Assembly: GCA_004212155.1 (NCBI GenBank)
Contig: RXIG01000008.1
Location: 1-64,000 of the forward strand
DNA: 64,000 nt
Direction: 5' to 3'
Source: an archaeon
GTDB taxonomy: Archaea; Methanobacteriota_B; Thermococci; Methanofastidiosales; NM3
Shown one piece after another: positions 18,681 through 28,466 of this stretch. Position 1 is the first letter of the stretch. Each line of letters starts with the position of its first letter. The notes beneath the pieces are model-generated. The model saw only the letters and a list, made by a program, of their open reading frames with translations, was not told where the DNA came from and searched no databases. Made by a program: the position numbers and the translations under genes.

Positions 18681-19682
18681 TCACATGAAGTGGTCAAACC
18701 CTCCCCGCAGGGGCTCGCGCTTCCCGTCAATGTCAAGGGTCGTTCCCCCGGATCGTGCGGTCACGCGCCCGACGATGGAAAAGTCGCCGAACACTGCCCT
18801 GAGCGCATCTATCTCACGCTCGGGCATGGTGAAGGCGAGCTCGAAGTCCTCACCGCCATAGAGAGCGTAGTCGTAGGCGGATTCATGCAGCGCCTCGGCC
18901 GCCGTGACGGCGGCTGGTGCGAGCGGTATCCTGTCACGGCATATCACGGCGCCTGTATTACTTTGCTCGCAGATGTGGGCCACCTCGCTTGCGAGCCCGT
19001 CGCTGACATCGATCATGGCGTGGGCGTGGGCGGCGATGGCGTGTGCCTCCGCCCTTGTACGCGCCCTTGGTTCGAGATGGCCGCTGCGGTCGCCCTCGAT
19101 GCCTGACATCAGCATCCTCAGGCCCCCCATGCTCTTGCCCAGCGCCCCCGTAACGCAGATGAGGTCGCCTTCTTGCGCCATGGCCCTTGTGCGCAGGAAG
19201 GCGCATTTCACCTCGCCGATGAGCGTGAGATTCAAAACAAGCCTGTCGCCGCGCGTCGTGTCGCCGCCGATGATCGAGAGGCCGTGCCTGCGCGCCGAGG
19301 CGTAGATGCCTTCATAGAGCCTGTCGACAAACGAGAGCGTGGTCTGTGCAGGAAGCGACATCGAGATGATGCCGTGGCGTGGCGCGCCACCCATCGAGAC
19401 GATGTCAGAAACGTTGGACTCGACGAGCTTGCCGCCTATCTGCTCGGGCGTGTACCATTTGTGCGAAAAGTGGTCGTCCTCGACCATCATGTCCGCGGTG
19501 ACCAGGAGGTAGGTGTCATCATCCTTGCGGATGACGGCGCAGTCGTCCCCGACGCCTATGATGACATCGGGGTCGGTGATCTGCTGCGATTCGGTCAGCC
19601 GTTTGATCAGGGCAAACTCCCCACCGATGTCGCCGACCAGGACATCGTCTCCGTCACGCTTTTTGGCCGTCACGTGGCTCAC
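18681..19682 (-). CDS. thiL: Thiamine-monophosphate kinase
   Basis: GEFALI, GDDCA, NVSDI..MG, GGDT, IDVSDGL, GGEDFEL, GFDHF. Confidence 0.95.
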   Translation of the reverse strand: MSHVTAKKRDGDDVLVGDIGGEFALIKRLTESQQITDPDVIIGVGDDCAVIRKDDDTYLLVTADMMVEDDHFSHKWYTPEQIGGKLVESNVSDIVSMGGAPRHGIISMSLPAQTTLSFVDRLYEGIYASARRHGLSIIGGDTTRGDRLVLNLTLIGEVKCAFLRTRAMAQEGDLICVTGALGKSMGGLRMLMSGIEGDRSGHLEPRARTRAEAHAIAAHAHAMIDVSDGLASEVAHICEQSNTGAVICRDRIPLAPAAVTAAEALHESAYDYALYGGEDFELAFTMPEREIDALRAVFGDFSIVGRVTARSGGTTLDIDGKREPLRGGFDHFM

Positions 19683-19829
19683 ACCCCTATCATCGTGGGA
19701 CTCGGCCCTTTTATAATCTGCTGAATTGCCGCATGCGGTACGAAAGAAAAACGAATAAACGGCAAAATATAAACAGATTTTTATGCTCGGGCGTGCATAG
19801 TCTATATCGCACGCAATGTGCAGGGAGGA

Positions 19830-20273
19830 ATGAATTTGTCAGAATTGAAAGACAAGATTGAAAGCTATCTCAAGGATCACGACTACATGACGGTCGCAAC
19901 GGCGGCACCCGATGCCACCCCACGCGCGGCCACCGTCTCCTATGCATGCGAGGGCATGACCATCTACTTCTCGACTGGTCCGTCGACAGAGAAGTACAAA
20001 AACATCGAGTCCAAGCCCGCGGTCGCATGCACGGTCGACGATGACGAGAAGGACTGGAGCAAGATCAAGGGCGTGCAGCTCACGGGATTTGCCACCATCG
20101 TCAGCGACGAGGAGGAACAGAGCGCAGCGTTCGACCTGCTCGCAAGCAAGTTCCCGCAGATGAAGGATATGCCCCCGAAGGTACGACCAAAGATCATCAG
20201 GATCGACCCCAAGGCAGCCTACTTCATCGATAATACGGTATCGTTCGGACACAGGGACAAGGCAGAGTTCTAG
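19830..20273 (+). CDS. Pyridoxamine 5'-phosphate oxidase-like flavin-binding split-barrel protein
   Basis: TVAT...P....V.Y......IYFST...KYKNI..P.VA..KGVQL.G.A. Confidence 0.85.
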   Translation: MNLSELKDKIESYLKDHDYMTVATAAPDATPRAATVSYACEGMTIYFSTGPSTEKYKNIESKPAVACTVDDDEKDWSKIKGVQLTGFATIVSDEEEQSAAFDLLASKFPQMKDMPPKVRPKIIRIDPKAAYFIDNTVSFGHRDKAEF

Positions 20274-20304
20274 ACTCTGCCGCCCTATTTTGATAAAAGC
20301 TATT

Positions 20305-20724
20305 CTACGGTGCTGCTTCCTTTTCAAGCGGCATCGAGATGACGCCGGGCACACCGCGCATCTCGAGATAGTCCATCTCGTCGAGCGGCGGACATGCAAG
20401 GAGAATGTAGTCATCGAAGTTCGAGTAGATGAACACTTCCCAGTCGTCGTCCCAGCTCACGCTGTCGCGCGTCTTCTTGTCGAATCGTATCGTGTTTCGC
20501 TTCGACTTGAGAAGCCGTGCCTTGCCAAGCGCCTGGAGCGACCTGAACCGACGTCCGGTCCAGAACGCGCGCTTGAGCAGAAGCATCGTGTCCGAGAGCT
20601 TGAAGACGGCAAAGATGTCGTCTGTGAGCTCGATCTCCTCGGGCAACGATACCCAACATGCCTTGTCTGAGACCTTCACGTAGGTCGATCCCTCAAATTC
20701 GAACGAGCTGACCGAAAACATCAT
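20305..20724 (-). CDS. Hypothetical protein, possibly two AbrB-like swapped-hairpin modules
   Basis: Host-like codon usage, ATGA overlap with the upstream gene; repeated pattern VSLPEEIEL..FAVFKL.D..LLL and IRFDKKTRD..VFIY..D.ILL. Confidence 0.6.
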   Translation of the reverse strand: MMFSVSSFEFEGSTYVKVSDKACWVSLPEEIELTDDIFAVFKLSDTMLLLKRAFWTGRRFRSLQALGKARLLKSKRNTIRFDKKTRDSVSWDDDWEVFIYSNFDDYILLACPPLDEMDYLEMRGVPGVISMPLEKEAAP

Positions 20725-21029
20725 CGTCCCTCCACGATGTGGTTTAAGCGTACCAGGATGAGATACGAATTGCAGGGCGAAAGCTTGTCCCCCATCGCCT
20801 CGAACATGTCGTCTATCTGCTCCAATAGTTCGTTCCTGTCGACGCTAAACACCGGATTGTCGAGCTTGTCGACGATCTTGTTGATGCAGAAGTCGGCGAT
20901 GTAGTGCTTTTTCATCTTGCGCAGCTTGAGGTAGGTCTGCTTGTCGATGTAGATGGGGTAGTACTCGACCTCCTCCTGCCACTCGATGCGCTGTGGCCCC
21001 TCTTCCCATTTGTTATTGCCGTGTTCCAT
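20721..21029 (-). CDS. Hypothetical protein, possible ribbon-helix-helix N-terminal part
   Basis: SD-like GAGGG upstream; PIYIDKQTYLKLRKMK pattern. Confidence 0.6.
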   Translation of the reverse strand: MEHGNNKWEEGPQRIEWQEEVEYYPIYIDKQTYLKLRKMKKHYIADFCINKIVDKLDNPVFSVDRNELLEQIDDMFEAMGDKLSPCNSYLILVRLNHIVEGR

Positions 21030-21197
21030 CTATGTTCCCTCGATTGCGTAATATCATAAAATCAGTGGCAATTGTCGCCACCTCATTGTGGTAGTATTTA
21101 AACCTTTCGGCACGGTATAATTACTAATTGTAAATTTATCTTGGTATTTTACTTATTTTGAAAAAAGTAAAATATTATAATTTACTAAATGACCAAA

Positions 21198-21851
21198 TTA
21201 GTCTCCCATGAACAACTTCTTGACAAAGGCGACCATGTTGCTCTTGGCAAGCACGAAGAGCCGTGCACCCGGTTCGATGACCGTATCGCCCTTCGGGATG
21301 AGCAGCTTCTCGTCACGGTAGTAGGCGACGACGACGAAGTCCTTGGAGGGGATCTCCTTGAGCTTCTTGTGGGCGACCGCGGAGCGCTCGCCGACGATCA
21401 TCTCGAGGATCTCGGCCTGTCCGCCACCGATGACGGTAAGGTCGATGACATCCGGGCGCATGATGAAGCGTTCGATCGACTGCGCGGCAGTGAGCTCGGG
21501 CGAGACAACGATGGAGACGCCAAGCTTTCGGAATATCTCCGACTTCTGGAAGTCCGCTACACGGGCGATCGTCGTGTTGACCCCGTACTCCTTGGCAAGC
21601 AGGCAACCGGTGAGGTTTGACCCGTCATCGCCCGTCACGGCGACGAACGCGTCGGCCGTGAATATGTTTACCTCCTCGAGGCCGCGGATCGTGGTGCCGT
21701 CGTCGTTGACGACAAGGGCGTCAAGCTCCGCGGATATCTCGGTGGCACGGTCCTTGTCGATCTCGATGACAGTGACCTCATGGCCCCTGTTCACGAGGGA
21801 CTTGGCAAGATTGTTGCCAATCCTGCCACCGCCCATAATGATGATGTACAT
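21198..21851 (-). CDS. trkA: TrkA family potassium uptake protein
   Basis: IIMGGGRIG NAD-binding RCK domain, VTGDDGSN, TrkA-C domain. Confidence 0.93.
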   Translation of the reverse strand: MYIIIMGGGRIGNNLAKSLVNRGHEVTVIEIDKDRATEISAELDALVVNDDGTTIRGLEEVNIFTADAFVAVTGDDGSNLTGCLLAKEYGVNTTIARVADFQKSEIFRKLGVSIVVSPELTAAQSIERFIMRPDVIDLTVIGGGQAEILEMIVGERSAVAHKKLKEIPSKDFVVVAYYRDEKLLIPKGDTVIEPGARLFVLAKSNMVAFVKKLFMGD

Positions 21852-21860
21852 GGTTTCACC

Positions 21861-23621
21861 TTACTCTGAGGTCAGGTCTTCCTTCCCGAGCGCCAGATTG
21901 ATGATGCGGGCATATGTTGGTCGCGTGATAAACACTCCGACGATGATACCTATAATGGTTACGATTGCAAAGCCCCTGAGCACGCCAAGTTGCATGTAGG
22001 CGAGCGGGATCATCGCACATATCGTCGTCGCGGCGGATGCGAAGATGATCGAGAACGCCCGAGAGATGCGCTTGGAAAGGCTCGTCCTGATCTTTGACGT
22101 CGTCGAGGACGGCTCGCCCCGTATGACCTCGTCGGTGATGATCACCATCTGGTCGACGCCCGTACCGAGCGTGGCGAGCACGCCCGCGATCGAGGGCAGG
22201 TCGAGCTGGTGATTGATGACCACGGCCACGCCGAGCACGATGACGGTCTCGCTAAACGCCGTCAGGAGCATCGGCAGCGCCACCTTGGCCTTGCGGTAGC
22301 GAAGTGAGACGATGGCGGCGACCACGAGGAGCGCCCCGACGCCAGCCATCACGATCTGCTTGAGGAAGACGTCGCCGAGAGCGGGCGATGTGTACCCCTT
22401 CGAGACGATGCGCTGCTTGACGGGAAGCGCGCCCGCGTTGAGCTGGATCCAGAGGATACGTGCGCTCTCCTTGGCCTCCTCACCGACGCCGAACTGGGCG
22501 CTCAGGCCCCCGCCGTTCCAATTGCCGCTCTCGATCGCCTGTGCGAACGAGGTCGACAACGGTGCATCGAAGACGATCTGGTCGTCAAGCATCATGACGA
22601 TATAATGCGCGGATGGATTCTCGGTAGCGCCATACAGCTTGGCCTTGTTGGCAAACTCCTCGGCACCATCCTTGGAAAGCGTGAAGGGCACTTCCCACTG
22701 TCTCGTTTGCGAGAGGTTCGTGTAGTGGTCGACGTTCTTGATGGCGTCGCCGGTCACGAGGAGCGCAAGCTCGTCCTGTTCAGGGTCGGTTGCCTGGGAT
22801 GACGAGTTCTTGTCCACGACGATCTTGATCTCGAACTTGCCCTGCTCGGTGATGAGCTCCTCTGCCTGTTCGAGCTCAGTGGCGGCAAACTCCACCTCGA
22901 TATAGCGATTGTCAGAGATCGTCTTGACGGGAATATCGGCAAGACCGAGGTAGTTGAGCTTGGTGGAGAGTATGTCGCGGGTCTCCTGGGTCGTCTGCGG
23001 CGAGACGCGGTTTTGCAGTGCCGTGACCGTTGCGAGGTCACCGAGCTGCTCATCGTACCATTCAAGGAGGTGCTCCTCGAACTCATCGCGCGTCATCTCG
23101 TTTATCATCTGCTCCTCCTCTTCGGTGAGGGAGCGGCGCACCTCGAACCACTCGGCGTCCTCGAACGACACGAGCGTCACCTTGCTGCCATTGGTGATCG
23201 ACGAGAGCAGCTGCGCGTATGCCTGGTTGTCGGTCACCTCGACGGTGAATGTGTTCTCGTCCTCATCAAACGTCGTCGTAGCCCATGTCGTCGCAAGCGT
23301 TATGGCCTCCTTTACTGAAGCGAGGTCGTCCACCGCGTAGGTGATCGTCTCGTCGTCGGATGACACCTTCGTGATGTCGATCTCGGCGCTCTGTTCGATG
23401 AGGTGCTCGACGATGGGGTCTCGTTCACCCTGCAGCTGTACGAGATTTCCCTGCAGCTCAAGGATGATCGTCGAGCCGCCCTCGATCTCGATGCCGAACT
23501 CCAGGTTCGACGAGAATCCGTCGCCCCCGTATGTGGGGCTGATCGCCACGAGCGCGCCGATGAGCACGATGAGCCAGAGCACGATTCGCAGATTTCCCAT
23601 GATCGTCCTCGTGATGTTCAT
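21861..23621 (-). CDS. secD: Protein translocase subunit SecD
   Basis: LEFGIEIEGG, L.AGALP, LDLPSIAG....GTGVDQ..IITDE; ATG overlaps the secF stop. Confidence 0.93.
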   Translation of the reverse strand: MNITRTIMGNLRIVLWLIVLIGALVAISPTYGGDGFSSNLEFGIEIEGGSTIILELQGNLVQLQGERDPIVEHLIEQSAEIDITKVSSDDETITYAVDDLASVKEAITLATTWATTTFDEDENTFTVEVTDNQAYAQLLSSITNGSKVTLVSFEDAEWFEVRRSLTEEEEQMINEMTRDEFEEHLLEWYDEQLGDLATVTALQNRVSPQTTQETRDILSTKLNYLGLADIPVKTISDNRYIEVEFAATELEQAEELITEQGKFEIKIVVDKNSSSQATDPEQDELALLVTGDAIKNVDHYTNLSQTRQWEVPFTLSKDGAEEFANKAKLYGATENPSAHYIVMMLDDQIVFDAPLSTSFAQAIESGNWNGGGLSAQFGVGEEAKESARILWIQLNAGALPVKQRIVSKGYTSPALGDVFLKQIVMAGVGALLVVAAIVSLRYRKAKVALPMLLTAFSETVIVLGVAVVINHQLDLPSIAGVLATLGTGVDQMVIITDEVIRGEPSSTTSKIRTSLSKRISRAFSIIFASAATTICAMIPLAYMQLGVLRGFAIVTIIGIIVGVFITRPTYARIINLALGKEDLTSE

Positions 23622-24511
23622 GCCGAACTCCTCCTCTTGCGTCGTGAGAGCTTCTTGCCCTCCTTGTTCTCGATATACCACATCAGGATGCCAGTGTTTA
23701 ACATCCACGTGTTGATGAGGTCGATGACGAGTGCGAAGATGAGCACGATGGCTATCGAATCGAGCGTCGGGTGTTGCGAGACCGCCCAGAGCACGAACAT
23801 GGCGGCAAGCGTGGTGAGCGTCATCGTGACACCGGTCTTCATCGCGCGTCGCACCTTTTCGTTGAGCTCGCCGCGGCGCTTGATGATCCTGGTCGTCAGG
23901 AGGATGTCCGAGTCGACGGAATACCCGATGACCATGAGCAGCGCGGCGATGGTGCCAAGCGTGAGCGTGATGCCAAGCGCGCTCATGATCGCCACCGTGA
24001 TGATGATGTCCGAGACGGCCGAGAGCACCACCGCAAGGCTTGGCACGGGAGAGCGGAAGACGATGAAGACGATGATCGACATGCCGATGAACGCGAAGAT
24101 GAGCGCCTGGGTCGCCTGTTCCCTGAAGCTGCTGCTCACCGTCGCGTCGAAGACGGAAAATGAGAGGTCGGCCTCCGGGTAATTATCTCTGAAAAACGAT
24201 TCCAGCTCACCCGAGGGGATGCTCGTTGGTGCCTCGACGAAGATGAGGTCCGACTGCAATCCCGGTGCCGGCTTGACCTTGAGCTGGGCCGAGTTGAAAC
24301 GGTCCTGCAGCTCCTGCTGCAGCGCGTCGGCGTCTACCGACAGGTTCGTGATCGTTATCTGTGTACCGCCCTCGAGGTCGGTACCAAGCGTCATGCCGTT
24401 CGTTGCGATTACGATGACAGATAATAGAAGCAATATGAGGGGAAATCCTATCAGAATCCTTCTGTCCCTGCCTGTAATGTTGATCCTATCAATAATCTCA
24501 TCCAGATTCAT
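23618..24511 (-). CDS. secF: Protein translocase subunit SecF
   Basis: LGTDLEGGT, IAALLMVIGYSVDSDILLTTR, NTWMLN. Confidence 0.94.
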   Translation of the reverse strand: MNLDEIIDRINITGRDRRILIGFPLILLLLSVIVIATNGMTLGTDLEGGTQITITNLSVDADALQQELQDRFNSAQLKVKPAPGLQSDLIFVEAPTSIPSGELESFFRDNYPEADLSFSVFDATVSSSFREQATQALIFAFIGMSIIVFIVFRSPVPSLAVVLSAVSDIIITVAIMSALGITLTLGTIAALLMVIGYSVDSDILLTTRIIKRRGELNEKVRRAMKTGVTMTLTTLAAMFVLWAVSQHPTLDSIAIVLIFALVIDLINTWMLNTGILMWYIENKEGKKLSRRKRRSSA

Positions 24512-24714
24512 CAGCTCACCACGTCAGGATCGTCCGTTTGAGGGACCGGTTGAACAGATGGGTTCACCGTTGTAATACCTAAACATCGCATATGGTGCTT
24601 TTTAAACCTATCGACACCCCCGCGGCGCATTATCAGGCACATGTGCGAGGGGCATCATTTCGCGTCGCGGCGCTCATCGATACATTTTAATACCAGTGCG
24701 GAAAGTGAAAGGAT

Positions 24715-25473
24715 ATGCCATTTAAAAAGGGCGACAGGGTGCTTCTCGTCGACGAGAAGGGCAAGAAGTTCATGCTCGATTTGGGCGAGCGCGAGACGCT
24801 CCACACGCACCACGGCATCGTGGACCTTACCGAGATCGAAGGCAAGGAACCGGGATTCGTGGCCGTGACGCATATGAACCGCGAGTTCTCGGTGCTCGAG
24901 CCAACGCTTGTCGACTACCTGCAGAAGATGAAAAAGCTCCCCCAGACGATCCAGCTCAAGGACGCATGCCAGATCATTGCCCACACGGGGCTTTCCAACG
25001 GCAAGCGCGTCGTCGAGGCTGGCGTCGGCTCAGGCGCGCTCACGCTCTTTCTCGCAACGGCTGTGGCGCCCGATGGGCACGTCACATCCTATGAGATACG
25101 CGACGACTTCGCTAATCTCGCACAGAAGAATCTCGACGGCTACGGGGTGACCAACTACACCATACGCCGCCAGGACATCTACGATGGCATCGAGGAGCAC
25201 GACATCGACCTCGTCGCGCTCGACCTCCCCGAACCGCACCGCGTCACCGCCCACGCCCACGAGGCGCTCAAGCACGGCGGGCACCTGTTCTCGTTCTCGC
25301 CCACCATCGAGCAGGTCACGCGACTCTACGACTCGCTCGACAGGGACCTCTGGGTTGAGGTGACGACGATCGAGTGCATCACAAGGGAGTACGAGGTCAA
25401 ACGCACCGGCACGAGACCAAAAACGCTCATGCTGGGGCACACCGGCTACCTCTCATTCGCTCGTAAGAAGTGA
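24715..25473 (+). CDS. trmI: tRNA (adenine-57/58-N1)-methyltransferase
   Basis: HTHHG, VVEAGVGSGALT, YEIRDDF, LDLPEP, HTGYL. Confidence 0.94.
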   Translation: MPFKKGDRVLLVDEKGKKFMLDLGERETLHTHHGIVDLTEIEGKEPGFVAVTHMNREFSVLEPTLVDYLQKMKKLPQTIQLKDACQIIAHTGLSNGKRVVEAGVGSGALTLFLATAVAPDGHVTSYEIRDDFANLAQKNLDGYGVTNYTIRRQDIYDGIEEHDIDLVALDLPEPHRVTAHAHEALKHGGHLFSFSPTIEQVTRLYDSLDRDLWVEVTTIECITREYEVKRTGTRPKTLMLGHTGYLSFARKK

Positions 25474-25478
25474 ACAGC

Positions 25479-26357
25479 ATGGCCTCCGGATACGGGAAAT
25501 GGTATGTCGTGCTCGTCGTGACCATGTTCCTCTGGGCAACGTTCTTTCCCGGGTCAAAGCATCTTACCGAGACGATATCCCCGCTGACGCTCTCGTTCTT
25601 GCGCTACTTCTTCGCCGTCATCGCGCTCGTGCCCTTCTCCCTCACACGGCGAGTCGAACGCGCCGATGTGTCCCGGCTCGTGGGACTCGGCGCGCTGGGC
25701 ATCGCGGGGTTCACGTTCCTGCTCTACAGCGGGCTCGCCCGCTCCACGGCGTCATCGTCCTCGATCATCGTCAACTCCCAGGCCATATTCGTTGCGTTCC
25801 TGTCGCCATGGCTCATCAAGGAGCATTTCACGAAGCGGCGCATCGCTGGCGCACTCGTGGGGGTGGCCGGCCTCGTGCTCGTCATCACGAACGGGGAGTC
25901 GCTTGGAAGCATCGTGTCAGAAGAATACTTTATCGGTGACATGCTGCTCATATGCGCTGCGCTTGCCATGGGCATCTACTCGATATACATGAAGGGCTAC
26001 GTCAGCAAGTACGGGAGCACGACCGCGACGTTCTACACCATGGTCTTCGGCCTTGCCCTGCTCACGCTTGCGCTCGTGGGTTACGGTGCGGCACCAGAGC
26101 TCGGCGACCTTACCGCGCCACAGTGGGCGATCGCCGCATACATCGGGGCCGTTCCCACCGCGCTCGTCTACATCGTGTTCAACTACTCGCTTCGCATCGT
26201 TGGCGTCGTCAATGCCACGGCGTTCAAGCTGCTGATGCCGATCTTTGCCGTCATGCTCTCCATCGCGCTCCTCTCGGAGGAGGCAACTGTCGCGATGCTC
26301 GTGGGGCTTGCGCTCGTGATCGGGGGCATATTCACCATCCAGTCGACGCGCCACTGA
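25479..26357 (+). CDS. EamA/DMT family transporter
   Basis: About 10 TM helices in two EamA repeats. Confidence 0.9.
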   Translation: MASGYGKWYVVLVVTMFLWATFFPGSKHLTETISPLTLSFLRYFFAVIALVPFSLTRRVERADVSRLVGLGALGIAGFTFLLYSGLARSTASSSSIIVNSQAIFVAFLSPWLIKEHFTKRRIAGALVGVAGLVLVITNGESLGSIVSEEYFIGDMLLICAALAMGIYSIYMKGYVSKYGSTTATFYTMVFGLALLTLALVGYGAAPELGDLTAPQWAIAAYIGAVPTALVYIVFNYSLRIVGVVNATAFKLLMPIFAVMLSIALLSEEATVAMLVGLALVIGGIFTIQSTRH

Positions 26358-26450
26358 GCCACATGCTTTGAGATCTGGAGCGAAAAAACGGCCGCACCAT
26401 CTAAGAAAGGTTTAAAAACGTGTCCTGAGTGCTAGTAGGGAGGTTATTAC

Positions 26451-26966
26451 GTGGGTCTCCTTGCAGCAATATGGTTCATCCTGCCCGCCTATGTCGCCAA
26501 CGGCGGCGCGTGCGCCATCCACAACACGAAGCCGGTCGACGGCGGCCGCCTTGCGTGGGACGGCAGGCGCATCGTGGGCGACGGCGTGACGTACGGTGGA
26601 TTTCTCGCCGGAACGTCGCTTGCGATGGCCATGTCGCTTGTCCAGTTCCTCCTTGCCCCCGAATTCTTTCCCATGGCCGATGCTTCATATGCGGATGCGC
26701 TGCTCCTTGGGTTCCTTCTCGGATTCGGAGCGCTCTTTGGCGACATGACCGAGAGCTTCTTCAAGCGAAGGATGGGCATAGCCAGGGGACGGCCCCTTCC
26801 TCTGCTCGACCAGTGGGACTTTCTCATCGGCGCCTTGGTGTTCGCATCTATAATATATATTCCGTCTGTGACAGACATTGTTATCCTCTTTGTCCTAACA
26901 CCCCTTATCCACTACGGCACCAACGTGATGAGCAACAAGGTCGGCTTAAAGGACGTACCGTGGTGA
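26451..26966 (+). CDS. carS: CDP-archaeol synthase
   Basis: WFILPAYVANG, PVDGG...DGRRIVGDG.T, GD..ESFFKRR.G, LDQWDF, GLKDVPW. Confidence 0.94.
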   Translation: MGLLAAIWFILPAYVANGGACAIHNTKPVDGGRLAWDGRRIVGDGVTYGGFLAGTSLAMAMSLVQFLLAPEFFPMADASYADALLLGFLLGFGALFGDMTESFFKRRMGIARGRPLPLLDQWDFLIGALVFASIIYIPSVTDIVILFVLTPLIHYGTNVMSNKVGLKDVPW

Positions 26967-26972
26967 ACGAAT

Positions 26973-27110
26973 ATGGAACGATGTGAGATATGTGGAAAGA
27001 ACGCACACGTGATGCGTGAATGCCTGCTCTGCCAGAGGAAAGTGTGCCCTTCGTGCATACGGAGCAGCGTGGGTGTGTGCATTGAATGCATGCCGGGTAA
27101 GACAAAATAA
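26973..27110 (+). CDS. 45-aa zinc-finger micro-protein with four CxxC motifs (not in ORF track)
   Basis: SD GGTGA; MERCEICGKNAHVMRECLLCQRKVCPSCIRSSVGVCIECMPGKTK. Confidence 0.8.
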   Translation: MERCEICGKNAHVMRECLLCQRKVCPSCIRSSVGVCIECMPGKTK

Positions 27111-27218
27111 TTATTTATAAAGGGGACAGATTCTCTTTTTAAAGACTTTTAAAGGGAAATACTTATAAAAGGATAGAGCATAAAAAGGATAGAGCTTTTT
27201 ACGTAACATCGGTGATTC

Positions 27219-27557
27219 ATGATGGCAATGGTGACATTGGTTAGGTGTGAGAAATGCAAGAAGTGGTACCAGGACGACGAGCTCGATGAGAACGGCATCT
27301 GCGAGACATGTCTGCAAAAGGCGCAGCAGAAGGCCGCAGCAGCCGAGGAAGACGACGACATCAAGCAGCTGTTCCTCAAGTACATCAAGCGCAGTGGCGC
27401 CACGTCTCTTGCGACCCTTGCCAAGAAGTACAAGAGCAAGGCCACTCAGGAAGAGGCTGAAAAGGCACTCGAGGAACTCGAAGCTGAGTCAAAGGTGCAA
27501 AAGAGGGAAAGCAAGAACAAAAAGGGCAAATTTGTCTATGAAATAGTAAAGGAATGA
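27219..27557 (+). CDS. Hypothetical basic protein: N-terminal Zn ribbon and C-terminal winged-helix-like domain
   Basis: CEKC..CETC; IKQLFLKYIK..SLATLAKKY..AEKALEELE..KVQK..GKFVYEI; 4 nt upstream of tbp. Confidence 0.75.
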   Translation: MMAMVTLVRCEKCKKWYQDDELDENGICETCLQKAQQKAAAAEEDDDIKQLFLKYIKRSGATSLATLAKKYKSKATQEEAEKALEELEAESKVQKRESKNKKGKFVYEIVKE

Positions 27558-27561
27558 TTTC

Positions 27562-28128
27562 ATGAGTGAGGAAGATAATTTTCATATTGAATCAAAGATT
27601 GTAAATGTTGTAGTTTCAGCCGATATTCATGCCGACCTTGACCTCAACACCATCACAGCCCGCATAGAGAACACCGAGTTCGAGCCGGAGCAGTTCCCGG
27701 GACTCGTCTACAAGCTCGCCGAACCAAAGACATCGACGCTCGTGTTCTCGACTGGCAAGCTCATCTGCACAGGGGCCAAGTCCGTGTCCGATGCACAGCG
27801 CGCCATACACATCATCATCGATAATCTTCGTAACATCGGGTTCGAGATCAATCAGGAGCCCGACCTCAAATTGCAAAACATGGTAGCGACCGCAAATCTC
27901 GCTGTCGAGCTCGACCTCGAGAATCTCGTCTTCGAACTCGAGAACTGCGAATACGAGCCGGAGCAGTTCCCGGGACTCGTCTACCGCGTCAAGGTGCCCA
28001 AGGTGGCGATCCTCATCTTCAACACGGGTCGTATCGTGTGCGCCGGCGCGAAGAGCAAGGACGATGTCGACAACGGGATCAAAAAGCTCGTCGAGGAGCT
28101 CGAGGACATCGGCATCGAAGTTAGGTGA
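27562..28128 (+). CDS. tbp: TATA-box-binding protein
   Basis: Two repeats of N.VA..EPEQFPGLVY..LIF.TG..C.GAKS. Confidence 0.98.
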   Translation: MSEEDNFHIESKIVNVVVSADIHADLDLNTITARIENTEFEPEQFPGLVYKLAEPKTSTLVFSTGKLICTGAKSVSDAQRAIHIIIDNLRNIGFEINQEPDLKLQNMVATANLAVELDLENLVFELENCEYEPEQFPGLVYRVKVPKVAILIFNTGRIVCAGAKSKDDVDNGIKKLVEELEDIGIEVR

Positions 28129-28132
28129 AACA

Positions 28133-28435
28133 ATGGCACTGCCCAGAAGATACAGAGACTCAAAACAAAAGATCGCAGGCAAGAAATCAAAGAAGAAGCA
28201 ATGCCTCAACATGAGGCGCATTGATGACTTCAAGTACGATCTGGACCAGCTTATTAACGAACTCGACGACAAGAACGCCGCCCAGGTCAAGGGCATGATC
28301 TATGCCAAGGCCACGAAACAAAGCGTCAGGGACGCAAAGAACTACATCAACGAGAAGGAGGAGGAAGGCATCATCCCTTCCGAGGTCGCAAAGAAGCTGA
28401 ATCGACTCCTCTCGCGGTTTAGCACCTACAGATAG
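28133..28435 (+). CDS. Conserved-looking hypothetical basic protein
   Basis: SD GGTGA plus ATG just after the tbp stop; host-like codon usage. Confidence 0.75.
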   Translation: MALPRRYRDSKQKIAGKKSKKKQCLNMRRIDDFKYDLDQLINELDDKNAAQVKGMIYAKATKQSVRDAKNYINEKEEEGIIPSEVAKKLNRLLSRFSTYR

Positions 28436-28466
28436 GTCGTCAGACCCATGACAGGAAGCGAGCACC

